This document shows positions 36,078 to 45,851 of a DNA stretch of 64,000 nt, piece after piece (position 1 is the stretch's first letter; the number at the start of each line of letters is the position of its first letter). Below the pieces are notes generated by a model. It saw only the letters and a list, made by a program, of their open reading frames with translations. It was not told the DNA's origin and made no database searches. A program made the position numbers and the translations under genes. Source of the stretch: a virus (lineage: Duplodnaviria; Heunggongvirae; Uroviricota; Caudoviricetes); IMG/VR virus record IMGVR_UViG_3300032007_000003, positions 248,029 to 312,028 of that record. One strand, 5' to 3'.

Positions 36078-36140
36078 TGAACTGAATTAGGCACAGCTCT
36101 CCTAAAGCTGTTTATATGGGTTTGAGTCCCATCCCAATCA
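36078..36140 (+). tRNA. tRNA-Arg(CCT)
   Basis: Acceptor GGTTGGG/CCCAATC. Anticodon stem CAGCT/AGCTG with loop CTCCTAA. T-arm ATGGGTTTGAGTCCCAT. Confidence 0.55.
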
Positions 36141-36141
36141 C

Positions 36142-36327
36142 ATGGATAGATTATTTGGAGAAGAATTTCAGAAATACTTATGGAATATGCACTGTAATGG
36201 TGACATATTTGCTGAATATTGGAGACCATTTACATATGATGAATGGATAAGGAACGGTAAGCCAATTGAAGATGGTGGCGTTAAATTAGATGATAACACA
36301 GAACATCTTAAGACATTTCGTTATTAA
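36142..36327 (+). CDS. hypothetical protein
   Basis: 61-aa ORF. Confidence 0.3.
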   Translation: MDRLFGEEFQKYLWNMHCNGDIFAEYWRPFTYDEWIRNGKPIEDGGVKLDDNTEHLKTFRY

Positions 36328-36344
36328 TATTTCAGTATATTTAT

Positions 36345-36647
36345 ATGAGTAAAAAAAGAGGTAGAGCTTATAGAAGGTGGAAAACCTTCACAAAGTATGT
36401 GGCCAAACTTAAGGAACGTATGGGTTGGCTTGTAGATGACCCAAACGCACCAAGAGGGCATAGGCATCCAAACAGTTGGAAAGAACTAGATGTGGATGAA
36501 AACAATAACTATGTTAAGATGCTCAAGAAAACATCTACGAAGTGGTCTTCTAAGTGGGAAGATTCAGATGACCATATACGCATTAAGAAGATGCGTAGAG
36601 ACAATAAGAACCTTATAGACAATGAATTAAAGGGTGAGGAAAAATAA
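36345..36647 (+). CDS. hypothetical basic protein
   Basis: 100-aa ORF, K/R-rich. Confidence 0.4.
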   Translation: MSKKRGRAYRRWKTFTKYVAKLKERMGWLVDDPNAPRGHRHPNSWKELDVDENNNYVKMLKKTSTKWSSKWEDSDDHIRIKKMRRDNKNLIDNELKGEEK

Positions 36648-36830
36648 CACGCTTAAAATCTAATTCTAATGATTATTTGCAACGAAACTTGTCAGTTATA
36701 TAACAGATGCGATTGTAGGGATTTACGTCAAAGATGTATTTTTGATACTGGTATACCATCCGAGAAGAAAGATGATGATAATGAGGCATATATAGATAGA
36801 TTTACATATTAATTTAAAAATACAACTGTT

Positions 36831-37076
36831 ATGTTAAAACTTATTTCTAAGTTATTATTACCAATTGCAATGGTATTTGCTGCTTTATTTGGGGTTTCAT
36901 GGTCACAAGGTTGTCCTCAGTATTGGTATCTAGTTGGTATCGTGATTCTTTTTGTGATGAGTTGTGCTATCGACTATGTTATTGACAAATTGGGTAGTGT
37001 TGAATTCTATAAAGATTGCAGATTAACAGTATGGAAATTTGCTAATAAAATAAAAATAAGAAAAAAGAAAGATTAA
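36831..37076 (+). CDS. small membrane protein
   Basis: Two hydrophobic helices. Confidence 0.4.
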   Translation: MLKLISKLLLPIAMVFAALFGVSWSQGCPQYWYLVGIVILFVMSCAIDYVIDKLGSVEFYKDCRLTVWKFANKIKIRKKKD

Positions 37077-37080
37077 AGAC

Positions 37081-38382
37081 ATGAAGAAAATTGTTTTTTG
37101 TTTAATTTCTGTGTTAGCAATGGTTGGATGTCACCCATCATTTCAAACCATCAGTTATCAAGAGCAGCAGAAGCAAGATTTTAATTACAGATTTGAGAGA
37201 AGATTTGGAACACCAGCTTCTGACCAAGATTGGGGTTTTGATGGACTTGAAATCGTAGATTTATCTCTTAAGGCTACTACACGTAGTCACGATGTCAATC
37301 GCAATCAATGGAAGGATAAGTTTGTTGTTCCATCTAATGTTACAGCTAATGAACATGATTTAGTAGTTGCTGAATTTAGTAAAGAGCGTGTTGGTGCAGT
37401 TAATGAGGAAAACATAAATTGGACTGACTATTTCATTTATGAAGTATATAAAGGTGAAGATGTTTATCCAGACGGAAATGGACAAGATGTGAAGGGTTCA
37501 GACCACATGAATCATCTTCAAGTAAAGTATGCTGAAGGTACATTAGCACCACCTAATAATGCTTGTTGGGAGCATGCTAATGATTTCAATAATGGAACAT
37601 CTAGTGGTAATTGGGAAACAATTGAGGGGGCTACCTTAATGGTTAATAGTGGTACATTAGATTTTGCATATCATAATAGTACTGATAGTAAATACCATAG
37701 TGAATATATTATCATTGCTGGAGCAGACATTGACCCTTCTCTTGATGGGTACTACTATGTAGGCTTTGATTTCTATGCAACACATCCAGAGGGACAAGAA
37801 GCAAATAAGAATATGGATGTCGAGCGAAATTGGGTATTCAATGATTGGATTGTAAGAATTAGTCCAGCAACGTTTAAGAATGCCAAACGTATTATTGCTG
37901 AAGACTTGGCAAGCAGTAGTGGTAGTGATTTCGATTATAACGATGTTGTATTTGATGCTACTTTGGCTAACGAATGGATACCTAGTATGAATGACAATAA
38001 ATTGGTAGCGCATATTACGTTAAGAGCAGCTGGAGGAACAATGCCTTTATATGTGGCAGATAGAGAGGTTCACGAACTATTTGGTATTGATACAAGAATA
38101 ATGGTTAACACTGGACAATACTCTCTACCATGTGTTCAGTTTACTGCTATACTTGGTGATGCTGATTGGAATAACACAAAGACAATAAAGGATATTCCAG
38201 TTAAGGTAGTAACCTATAATGGAACTATTACACTTGAGAGTAATAAGGGTGAAGCTTCTGAAAAACTATGTGTTGATAAAACATATGAATGGTGTCTAGA
38301 GCGTGAACCAATTCAAGAGAAATATCCTGACTTTGTAAGATATGTCAGTGATAGAAATGTACAATGGTATCAAGTCCAATAA
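37081..38382 (+). CDS. lipoprotein (large, secreted)
   Basis: MKKIVFCLISVLAMVGC lipobox. 433 aa. Confidence 0.5.
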   Translation: MKKIVFCLISVLAMVGCHPSFQTISYQEQQKQDFNYRFERRFGTPASDQDWGFDGLEIVDLSLKATTRSHDVNRNQWKDKFVVPSNVTANEHDLVVAEFSKERVGAVNEENINWTDYFIYEVYKGEDVYPDGNGQDVKGSDHMNHLQVKYAEGTLAPPNNACWEHANDFNNGTSSGNWETIEGATLMVNSGTLDFAYHNSTDSKYHSEYIIIAGADIDPSLDGYYYVGFDFYATHPEGQEANKNMDVERNWVFNDWIVRISPATFKNAKRIIAEDLASSSGSDFDYNDVVFDATLANEWIPSMNDNKLVAHITLRAAGGTMPLYVADREVHELFGIDTRIMVNTGQYSLPCVQFTAILGDADWNNTKTIKDIPVKVVTYNGTITLESNKGEASEKLCVDKTYEWCLEREPIQEKYPDFVRYVSDRNVQWYQVQ

Positions 38383-38478
38383 ATAACAAGCCACAATGAA
38401 TATTTTATAAACATTGTGGCTTACATTATATTTATTATATACAATTGGGTAAATAATAAGTATAAAAAGTAAGGCAAA

Positions 38479-39078
38479 ATGGTAATAGGTTCAACTAGTT
38501 CATTAACTTACCAACAGCCAAAAAATTGGTGGAAACACTTAATTTGGAGGTTTACAAGACATCAAGAAGTTGATTATGAAATTCAATATAAATTCTATGG
38601 TGTTAGGCTGTTTGAACTAAAATTGTATGTAAACAATAAGAATAAACTAGTTATCAAAAATAAGGGTATGACATATAATGTATTCTCACTATATCAAATT
38701 TTAGATTTTTTTGATAAAATGGGTGATGTGTCAGTATTAGTTACTCTTGATGAAAGTTTTGAGGATTACGTTTATCATGGGGACATACACTCAGTGGAGA
38801 AAAAATTCATAGATAGTTGTAAAGCATTTGAAACAATCTATGAGAATATTATGTTTTATGGCGGCTATAGAGAGTTTGATAAAAAGCAACTATTTAAGTT
38901 TACTTGGGAAGAAGAACATGATGAAATTAGTGTGATAAAACCAGATGATTGGTCTATTATATATAGATTAGCTCAAAGGTTCTGCCCTTTCTTAGTAAGA
39001 AAACTGAATAAAGCATATATAAAGAAATATGATAAATTAAAAGGTTTCTTAATGCTTAGTTATGTAAATAGGCGTTGA
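38479..39078 (+). CDS. hypothetical protein
   Basis: 199-aa ORF. Confidence 0.4.
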   Translation: MVIGSTSSLTYQQPKNWWKHLIWRFTRHQEVDYEIQYKFYGVRLFELKLYVNNKNKLVIKNKGMTYNVFSLYQILDFFDKMGDVSVLVTLDESFEDYVYHGDIHSVEKKFIDSCKAFETIYENIMFYGGYREFDKKQLFKFTWEEEHDEISVIKPDDWSIIYRLAQRFCPFLVRKLNKAYIKKYDKLKGFLMLSYVNRR

Positions 39079-39087
39079 GAAATAACT

Positions 39088-39199
39088 AGGGAGATAGTGT
39101 AACGGTAACACGCTGTAGTTTCCGTTACCTTTGAGGTAACATTACAGCAGTCGTTAGGAAAATAGCTTGTGGTGCCAGTATTGGAGGTTCGAATCCTTC
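39088..39199 (+). tRNA. interrupted tRNA (insertion carrying TTTCCGTTACC-TTTGA-GGTAACATTACAGCAG)
   Basis: 5' AGGGAGA-TA-GTGTAACGGTAACAC; 3' GGAGGTTCGAATCCTTC-TCTCCCT. The acceptor is perfect. GCTGT...ACAGC flank the inserted hairpin. Confidence 0.35.
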
Positions 39200-39212
39200 T
39201 CTCCCTACAAAA

Positions 39213-39305
39213 TGGCGAGGTGGCAGAGTGGTCTATCGCACTTCTCTCATAAGGAAGCGGGTTTAAACTATACCCACCGTTGGTTCAAATCCAACCCTCG
39301 CTACC
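39213..39305 (+). tRNA. type-II-bodied tRNA with anticodon CAT and encoded CCA
   Basis: Acceptor GGCGAGG/CCTCGCT. The D-arm GGCAGAGTGGTCTATCGCA is shared with the CTA tRNA at 28381. Anticodon stem CTTCT/GGAAG with loop CTCATAA. Long variable arm. T-arm GTTGGTTCAAATCCAAC. It ends A-CCA. Confidence 0.45.
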
Positions 39306-39307
39306 AA

Positions 39308-39414
39308 GGGAACTTACAGCAAGTATAACTCGTGAAGGAATGGTCTACTTGAAAGTCTAGAAAACTTTTGCGCATTTGCGCTTGTGGGTTCGAATCCCAC
39401 CGACTATAGTTCTC
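39308..39414 (+). ncRNA. motif-initiated tRNA-like element (type-II-like)
   Basis: GGGAACTTACAGCAAGTATAA ... AAAGT-CTAGAAA-ACTTT ... GCGCATTTGCGC ... GTGGGTTCGAATCCCAC-CGACTAT-AGTTCTC-GTTTT. Confidence 0.3.
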
Positions 39415-39523
39415 GTTTTAGAAAGGAGTATCCAGATAATGGGTGCTCCATTTTTATGTAAATTGATTTTAATCAAAACTATGATATATGTCAAGATAGA
39501 GTGTGTTTTTTATGTTTTTTCTT

Positions 39524-39563
39524 GAAAAATTTTGGGTAAATGATTTTTTTTCCATATCTTTGC
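39524..39563 (+). promoter_or_regulatory. conserved promoter copy
   Basis: AAAATTTTGGGTAAATGATTTTTTTTCCATATCTTTGCA. Confidence 0.45.
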
Positions 39564-39881
39564 ATCGTTAAACAAAAACAATGTGTTCGCACACAGTTCA
39601 AATTGACATATGTCAAAATAGAATGGTCTTTAGATAAAAAATAGTATTTAAATACTTGATAAAGAATAAAATAATAATATATATTAAATGAAGTGCAAGA
39701 CCAAATGTATGATTAACGGCTTGGGAAATTAATAGTCTAGGCTAAAATAAGTAAGTGCATTGTGGTTGGTTATCGGTTAAAATCGGAAGTAAGTGTACCG
39801 ATTTCGACCACAATAAAAAAAAAGAAGTGAGTAAGTAAAATAAGTGAGTGTAAAATTAAAAAAAAAGAAAGGGAAATTATT

Positions 39882-40250
39882 ATGAAGAAGTATTTGATTA
39901 TGTTGGTGATGTTGTTCACCATGAGCGTTAATATGTTCGCAGAGGATAATAACGCAGCAGAGATTGAGCGTATCGAGAGATACAATGTTAAGGTTAATAC
40001 CAATAAGTTGGCTGATTACCTTCAGTTAACTAGTGACCAGTTTGATGCAGTAGAAACTATTACTGATGAGTTTTCAAACGATTTGATGTTTGCTGCTGTA
40101 CAGAACAGTGATTCAACTCGTAGCATGATTACTAAGAACTTGATTGAGAAGAATGTTAAGTATATGTCTTACATTCTTAACAAGAATCAGATGCGTAAGT
40201 ATTTGGTTGTTCTTAATGCAACTATGAACAATAGAGAAATTTTGAAGTAA
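39882..40250 (+). CDS. secreted small protein
   Basis: Signal peptide MKKYLIMLVMLFTMSVNMFA. There is a long structured 5' UTR. Confidence 0.45.
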   Translation: MKKYLIMLVMLFTMSVNMFAEDNNAAEIERIERYNVKVNTNKLADYLQLTSDQFDAVETITDEFSNDLMFAAVQNSDSTRSMITKNLIEKNVKYMSYILNKNQMRKYLVVLNATMNNREILK

Positions 40251-40470
40251 ATAATTGTTATGGGATTGATAAAAAAATGTATCAAATGGTATTTTAAAGC
40301 GTTTGGAGACGCTTACAATACAGAAAAAGGCTATAGGTACTATAGATTATATTAAAATTTCTTTTCAATGGCCGGTGTTGTGAAACACTGACCATTTTAT
40401 AGGTTAAAGTGTGTTAATTAATTTGGATATCTCATTTTTTTTATGTATCTTTGCATAAACTAATAAGTGT

Positions 40471-41016
40471 GTGATGAAAGAACATAGTGCAGTACAAACC
40501 CATCTATATTTCATCTTTAATAGTTTTGATGTTGTAAAGAAAGACAATGAGTTCTGGGCAGAGAGACTTAAAAAAGAGTACGATATTAGGGAAAAGCAAA
40601 AAGGTACACCATACACCAAATGGCTAAAGTACTTGAAGGAAAAGCATTTGTACTGTGAATATGTGAAGGATATTAAGATACTTATGAAAGAATGCTGTAG
40701 TAAGGGTGGTTATTTTGACCAATTCATATCTCAAGTGGTCTTTACCCCTTGTACAATGCATCAAGTAGAAGAAGTCGCAATGCATTTGGATAGTCATGTT
40801 CCTTTTAGGTATTATAATGGGGGATATTGGAAATCAAAATTCAATGACTTTGAAGCTGAAGGAAACCTTGAGGTAAGAAAGAGATTATTGGCAAATAGAC
40901 TCTATCACATGAATACCCCAAGTGTTACACATCACAAGTATCTTGGTAGTGTTAAGCCAACATCACATTTTTTGGACGATTTAATAGACAAAATATTTTT
41001 TATTAAGAGAAAATAA
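40471..41016 (+). CDS. hypothetical protein
   Basis: 181-aa ORF downstream of the promoter at 40420-40455. Confidence 0.45.
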   Translation: MMKEHSAVQTHLYFIFNSFDVVKKDNEFWAERLKKEYDIREKQKGTPYTKWLKYLKEKHLYCEYVKDIKILMKECCSKGGYFDQFISQVVFTPCTMHQVEEVAMHLDSHVPFRYYNGGYWKSKFNDFEAEGNLEVRKRLLANRLYHMNTPSVTHHKYLGSVKPTSHFLDDLIDKIFFIKRK

Positions 41017-41018
41017 GA

Positions 41019-41573
41019 ATGGATAAGAAATTGGTTAACCAACCTTGTTATGACAAAGAAGGAAACCTTATTGGGTGGTTTAGCCGTTCAATGGCATCTG
41101 CAATCTTCATCTATTGTAGAGACAAAGATGGCGATTGGTGTGTTCTTGCGTCAGAACGAGGTGAAGAAGCTGCTGATTTTAGAGGCTTTTGGAATTGCAC
41201 ATGTGGTTATTTAGATTTTAATGAAACAACCAAAGATTGTGCAATGAGAGAACTTTATGAGGAAACTGGACTTCTTATAGATGAAGGGTTAGTTAAACTA
41301 GTAGGTTATGAGGACAGCCCAGAAGCTAACAGACAGAATGTCACATTCCGTTTTGCAGCTTTCATTGAGGATGCTATTACAGATGAATTTACATTCTCTA
41401 GGAAGAATAACGAAGGAAAAGAAGTTGGAGAGATTAAGTGGATTAAAATGTCAGATGTTGATAAATACATGTGGGCATTTAACCATGATAAGCGTATTAA
41501 GGAAATCTTTGAAACTAGAGAGGTGAAACCCACATTGGTTGATAAGTTAAAGCGTTGGATTAGAAACAAGTAA
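41019..41573 (+). CDS. Nudix hydrolase
   Basis: The Nudix box 'GGYLDFNETTKDCAMRELYEETGL' fits GX5EX7REUXEEXGU. Confidence 0.65.
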   Translation: MDKKLVNQPCYDKEGNLIGWFSRSMASAIFIYCRDKDGDWCVLASERGEEAADFRGFWNCTCGYLDFNETTKDCAMRELYEETGLLIDEGLVKLVGYEDSPEANRQNVTFRFAAFIEDAITDEFTFSRKNNEGKEVGEIKWIKMSDVDKYMWAFNHDKRIKEIFETREVKPTLVDKLKRWIRNK

Positions 41574-41575
41574 TT

Positions 41576-41935
41576 ATGAGGACGTTTGAATTTGCAATGC
41601 CATCAATTTCTATTATTGAACAAGCTAGAAAGAATTCCAAGTACAACACTAGGAAAAGTGGTCTTAATAAGAAGTGGGCTAGGTACTTAAAGAACAGAAA
41701 ACTGTTTGATGAGTATATGGTTTATCTTGCAGGGCACGATGCCATTGGAGTTGAGCCAAAGACATATAAGCATATTTCCAATATCTGTTATAATATGAAT
41801 GGAAAAGTATTTGCCGTTCATTCTAGTGACAGAAGTATTACTGTTGACTGGATTAAGGAATTCTGTCAGTTCTTTAAGGAAACTGTGAAGTGGTATGACA
41901 TTAAAAATAAACTCTGGTTTAAATCAAATTTTTAA
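41576..41935 (+). CDS. hypothetical protein
   Basis: 119-aa ORF. Confidence 0.4.
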   Translation: MRTFEFAMPSISIIEQARKNSKYNTRKSGLNKKWARYLKNRKLFDEYMVYLAGHDAIGVEPKTYKHISNICYNMNGKVFAVHSSDRSITVDWIKEFCQFFKETVKWYDIKNKLWFKSNF

Positions 41936-42045
41936 AAAATAAGCAAATATTTATTGAAACATTTGGAATTCTCAAATATTTTATATATCTTTGCAAACGA
42001 CAAATGGAAATTAATAAAATAATAAATTAAAAAAAGAAGAAAGAA

Positions 42046-42219
42046 ATGAAGAAGTTAGTTTATGCTTTCATTGCTACTGTGGCAATGACATTTGCAGCTT
42101 GCGGTGGTCAGACTGCATCAAATCAGACTGCAAAGGATTCTGATAGTATTGCAGTAGTTGACTCTATCGATTCAATCGCAGTTGATTCTGCTGTTGTTGA
42201 TAGTGTTGTTGCAAAGTAA
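42046..42219 (+). CDS. small lipoprotein (57 aa; not in the ORF track)
   Basis: MKKLVYAFIATVAMTFAACGG lipobox. Repeated (S/A)I(A/D)VVDS units. Promoter at 41959-41995 and a hairpin after the stop. Confidence 0.4.
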   Translation: MKKLVYAFIATVAMTFAACGGQTASNQTAKDSDSIAVVDSIDSIAVDSAVVDSVVAK

Positions 42220-42304
42220 TCTAGATTAAGACTACAAACACAACTAAAAAACGCTAGCTGATGGTATGGAACATATTATCAACTAGCGTTTAATCGTTTA
42301 ATAT

Positions 42305-43057
42305 ATGACTAAAAAAAAGATAGATAAATCCCAGAGGATTGGAACTACTGAGGTTGGTGAGATTGCTTTTAACTTGGATGCATTCGACCATTTATACGAG
42401 GGCAATATTATTATTACAAAAAGGTTAAGCAATGGCTTAATTGAAAAACTTATCGAATATCAAGATAAGGTAATATTACATCTTTCTTGCACTGGTTTTG
42501 GCGGTTCTCGCATTGAACCATTTGTGCCAAAGTCCGATGAGACATATAAGAAGCTAGTAGAATTACTTGAGAAAGGGTTTCCCGTATCTCATGTTGTTCT
42601 TAGGGTTGACCCAATAGTTCCCACAGAGAAAGGAATAGAGACTGCTCTAGGCATTATAGTAGCCTTTAGTGGGCTTGGTATCAAAAGGCTTAGATTCTCC
42701 TTCCTAGATAACTATAAACACGTTAAGAAACGTTTTAAGGAAGAGGGAATAGAGGAACTATATGGTGGCGAGTTCCATGCTCCATTGGAATTAAGAAAGG
42801 AATATGCAGCTAAAATTGAAAAAGTTGCTAATGATGGAGGCTTTGAAAGTGTAGAAGCTTGTGGGGAACCAGGAATTGAAAGTGTTTCTTGCCTCTCACA
42901 GAAAGATATTGATATATTAGGACTTACAGACAAAATAACCCTTGAAGGTTCAGCAGAACAAAGGGATAGCTGTGGTTGTCCAGCGAACAAATCGGAACTA
43001 ATTAGAATAAGACCACATAGGTGCGAACACAAGTGTCTATATTGTTATTGGAGGTAA
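42305..43057 (+). CDS. hypothetical protein with C-terminal CxxxCxxC Fe-S-type motif
   Basis: C-terminus 'CGCPANKSE...RCEHKCLYCYW'. This looks radical-SAM-like but sits in an atypical position. DUF1848-like is only a guess. Confidence 0.3.
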   Translation: MTKKKIDKSQRIGTTEVGEIAFNLDAFDHLYEGNIIITKRLSNGLIEKLIEYQDKVILHLSCTGFGGSRIEPFVPKSDETYKKLVELLEKGFPVSHVVLRVDPIVPTEKGIETALGIIVAFSGLGIKRLRFSFLDNYKHVKKRFKEEGIEELYGGEFHAPLELRKEYAAKIEKVANDGGFESVEACGEPGIESVSCLSQKDIDILGLTDKITLEGSAEQRDSCGCPANKSELIRIRPHRCEHKCLYCYWR

Positions 43058-43060
43058 CTT

Positions 43061-43855
43061 ATGAAAATTATAACACGAGGAAAAATCAAGGATTTTTATG
43101 ACTATCTAATGGGTGTTTTGGGACAAGATGAATTGGTTGTATATGACCGTAGAGAGTGTTTCCCAATTGACCCAACAAAGAAATGGGATAACTGCTATGG
43201 TAGCAAACATTGTTATCCTTGTTCTAGTTCTGACTATCAGAACAGTAATGTAGAGAAATGGTTTAGTAAGAATCGTGTTTACGGTGATAAGAAAAGAGAA
43301 ACTATTCACAGATGGTCTACAAAGAAAGTTCTTGAATATAAGGAACAGAACGATGCAACTGAAGGACTAAGCTGGCGAAAGAAAGACAGCGTTAGAAACT
43401 CTTGGCAAGACATTAAGGAAGGAGAGGTGCTTCATTTCGTTCTTGAAGTAGGCTACCACCATTATTATTTCGAGGTGGAAAGATACATTGACGATGAGGA
43501 TGAAAACAGAATACACCTTAATTATGGGCTTGTAGAAAAGAAGGATATTAATAAGGAAGATAAGATTTCGTATGCTCCAATATGTCTTTGTCCTATAACC
43601 CATCATAAGTATTGGTATGCTGGTAGCAATGACCGTTTTGAGGTTAGTGAAAGGGATAAAGAACAAGCAATTCATAATCCTATTCTTTATTCTACATACA
43701 TTCCTAAGTTCATTGATGCATACGAAATGTGGAATAACCTGTATGAGTATATTTCATCATTGAGGGATAAGGATTTTGAAGATACAAGAACAAACGAACA
43801 ACACATAGAATCACATGGATTTGATAAAAAAATCAGCTTCCGTCACAGAAAATGA
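43061..43855 (+). CDS. hypothetical protein
   Basis: 264-aa ORF. Confidence 0.45.
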   Translation: MKIITRGKIKDFYDYLMGVLGQDELVVYDRRECFPIDPTKKWDNCYGSKHCYPCSSSDYQNSNVEKWFSKNRVYGDKKRETIHRWSTKKVLEYKEQNDATEGLSWRKKDSVRNSWQDIKEGEVLHFVLEVGYHHYYFEVERYIDDEDENRIHLNYGLVEKKDINKEDKISYAPICLCPITHHKYWYAGSNDRFEVSERDKEQAIHNPILYSTYIPKFIDAYEMWNNLYEYISSLRDKDFEDTRTNEQHIESHGFDKKISFRHRK

Positions 43856-44258
43856 CTATAAACGTGTAACCATATTATTTTTTAGAGAAATAAAGGTATT
43901 GAAATATTGGTATGATTATACTAATACATATGAATATGAGAAACATGTTAAATGCTATCTCAAAAATAATAAGAATAGAACAGTTAAATGGTATGATAGA
44001 GGTGGATGCATGAAAATTCTAGGAATGTGTAGCTTTGGTGATTATCTCAAAGATAGAGGAATTATTCATGTATCTGACGTTTATAATTTATATGCTGCCT
44101 TCTTAGCTATTTTTTGGGAAGATGAATATTACAAGTGGACTATAGAATTTGGTGATGACAAAACACCACTAGAGCACATTAATTGGGTTGGGCGTTTTAG
44201 TAAACAAAACGAAAAATTAATAGACAATTGGATTAAACTTAAAAATACTTTAGAATGA
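43815..44258 (+). CDS. hypothetical protein
   Basis: 147-aa ORF that overlaps the previous gene by 41 nt. The start is uncertain. Confidence 0.35.
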   Translation: MDLIKKSASVTENDYKRVTILFFREIKVLKYWYDYTNTYEYEKHVKCYLKNNKNRTVKWYDRGGCMKILGMCSFGDYLKDRGIIHVSDVYNLYAAFLAIFWEDEYYKWTIEFGDDKTPLEHINWVGRFSKQNEKLIDNWIKLKNTLE

Positions 44259-44539
44259 ATATTAACATTGAACTTGATGATAGATATGTCGCATCATTGC
44301 TTGATATGTTTGATTATACAACTGAAAAGGTGCTTGTATGGTACAATAAATTAGATGATTGCTGCCGTGTTGAAGAGTTGGGTAATTATTGGAAAACTGT
44401 TGTTTATCCAAAGTATCATAGACCAGATGTTCTTGATAAGGAAAGGGTTATGTTTGATGATGTTAAGGATATGGGAATGACAGAAGTTGTTAATCGTCTC
44501 TTCAACGAATTACTGATGAATAGATTATTTAAAAATTAA
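44255..44539 (+). CDS. hypothetical protein
   Basis: 94-aa ORF. Confidence 0.4.
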   Translation: MNINIELDDRYVASLLDMFDYTTEKVLVWYNKLDDCCRVEELGNYWKTVVYPKYHRPDVLDKERVMFDDVKDMGMTEVVNRLFNELLMNRLFKN

Positions 44540-44547
44540 CATTAATT

Positions 44548-44580
44548 AACGTGAGATATTTGCTTATCTCACGTTTTTTT
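44548..44580 (+). terminator. terminator hairpin fused to the next promoter
   Basis: AACGTGAGATATTTGCTTATCTCACGTT followed by TTTTTTTT, then TATATATTTGCA. The same module recurs at 54681-54722 and 63146-63190. Confidence 0.5.
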
Positions 44581-44617
44581 TATATATTTGCACAAACGTT
44601 TAATATAAAAAACATTT

Positions 44618-45151
44618 ATGACCAATTTTAAAATTATTGCTTGCATTAACCAAAAGAGAGTTTTAGGTAATGAGGGTAAACTTTTGTATCACATTGGTAA
44701 TGACTTAGCCAATTTTAAACGTATGACTGTTGGTAATGTCGTAATCATGGGTAGGAAAACATTTGATTCATTACCGAATGGTGAACCATTAAAGGACAGA
44801 GTTAACATTATTATTACTGCTGATGAGGAGTATAGTATTGATGCAAAGTTCGATAATGTTTACATCGTACACTCAGTGGAAGATGCTGTAGAGTTATGTG
44901 ATGCTTTCTTCTCAGATAAGGAAGTATTCGTTATTGGAGGTGAAAGTATTTACCGTCAGTTTATGGAAAAAGACCTTATTAATGAAATGAGGCTGACTAT
45001 TGTTAATGATAGTGCTGATGGTGATGTAGTGTTTCCAGAGTATGACGAAGAGGATTGGTATGTATATTACAAGTCAATGGCTCAAGTTAGCTCATGGGAA
45101 GGTGTTGACAAATCATTCTATTTTGAGATTTTACTTAAGAAAAGGGTATAA
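44618..45151 (+). CDS. folA: dihydrofolate reductase
   Basis: 'IIACINQKRVLGNEGKLLYHIGNDLANFKRMTVGNVVIMGRKTFDSLP' is the DHFR N-terminal signature. 177 aa. Confidence 0.75.
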   Translation: MTNFKIIACINQKRVLGNEGKLLYHIGNDLANFKRMTVGNVVIMGRKTFDSLPNGEPLKDRVNIIITADEEYSIDAKFDNVYIVHSVEDAVELCDAFFSDKEVFVIGGESIYRQFMEKDLINEMRLTIVNDSADGDVVFPEYDEEDWYVYYKSMAQVSSWEGVDKSFYFEILLKKRV

Positions 45152-45510
45152 TGGCTGAACACAATGAAAACGTAGAAACATTATTGTCACGTGAGTCCAT
45201 TGTAAGTAGGGCAAAAGAAAAATGGGATGCCAAGCCAAGTGCTGAGAAAGTTCGTTCAAGTCATAAGTATAAGCATATTTTCGAAAAACTTAAACTTCCA
45301 TCTGTTAATTGGGACAACGAATTTTCAAAACTCTCAAAAAGTCAAACTAATATCTTAATAAAGGGTGAGTTGATTCGTACATATGATTCAATGCCCAATA
45401 GAGAAAAGACAAAAATTAAAAACCATTTTGGATTATCGTCTTTCTCAAGCAAATGGTTTAGATTATCCCCTAGTGACAAAAAGATTTTGCTTAATTCGAT
45501 ATTAAAATGA
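45151..45510 (+). CDS. hypothetical protein
   Basis: 119-aa ORF. Confidence 0.4.
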   Translation: MAEHNENVETLLSRESIVSRAKEKWDAKPSAEKVRSSHKYKHIFEKLKLPSVNWDNEFSKLSKSQTNILIKGELIRTYDSMPNREKTKIKNHFGLSSFSSKWFRLSPSDKKILLNSILK

Positions 45511-45851
45511 AACTGAGCAAAAAAGAAAAGTTCCAAAGAGATTATAGGGATATATGTTACTTCGTTGACCATGTTCGTAATATAGATTTTAGAATTAGTC
45601 TTATAAGAAGTCTTGGATATAAGATAGGTGTTAATATTGTTACATCAAAAGACGATAAGGAAAAGTCAATTACAATTGGAAAACGAAAAGAATATAGAAT
45701 ACAGATTGCTCCAGTGTTGCCACGTTCACAGATAGTGCAATGTGCAATTGTGGAATGACTTGTATTAATAAATGTTAAAGTTTAAGCAATATTTTGGTTT
45801 AATTAAAAAAATACTATATCTTTGCAAAAAATAATCAAACGTATATTAGAA

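Noticed and set aside
42305-43057. Calling this ORF a radical-SAM enzyme outright
   Set aside because: The CxxxCxxC motif sits at the extreme C-terminus rather than the usual N-terminal position. No glycine-rich SAM-binding motif is evident. It is kept as a Cys-motif hypothetical.
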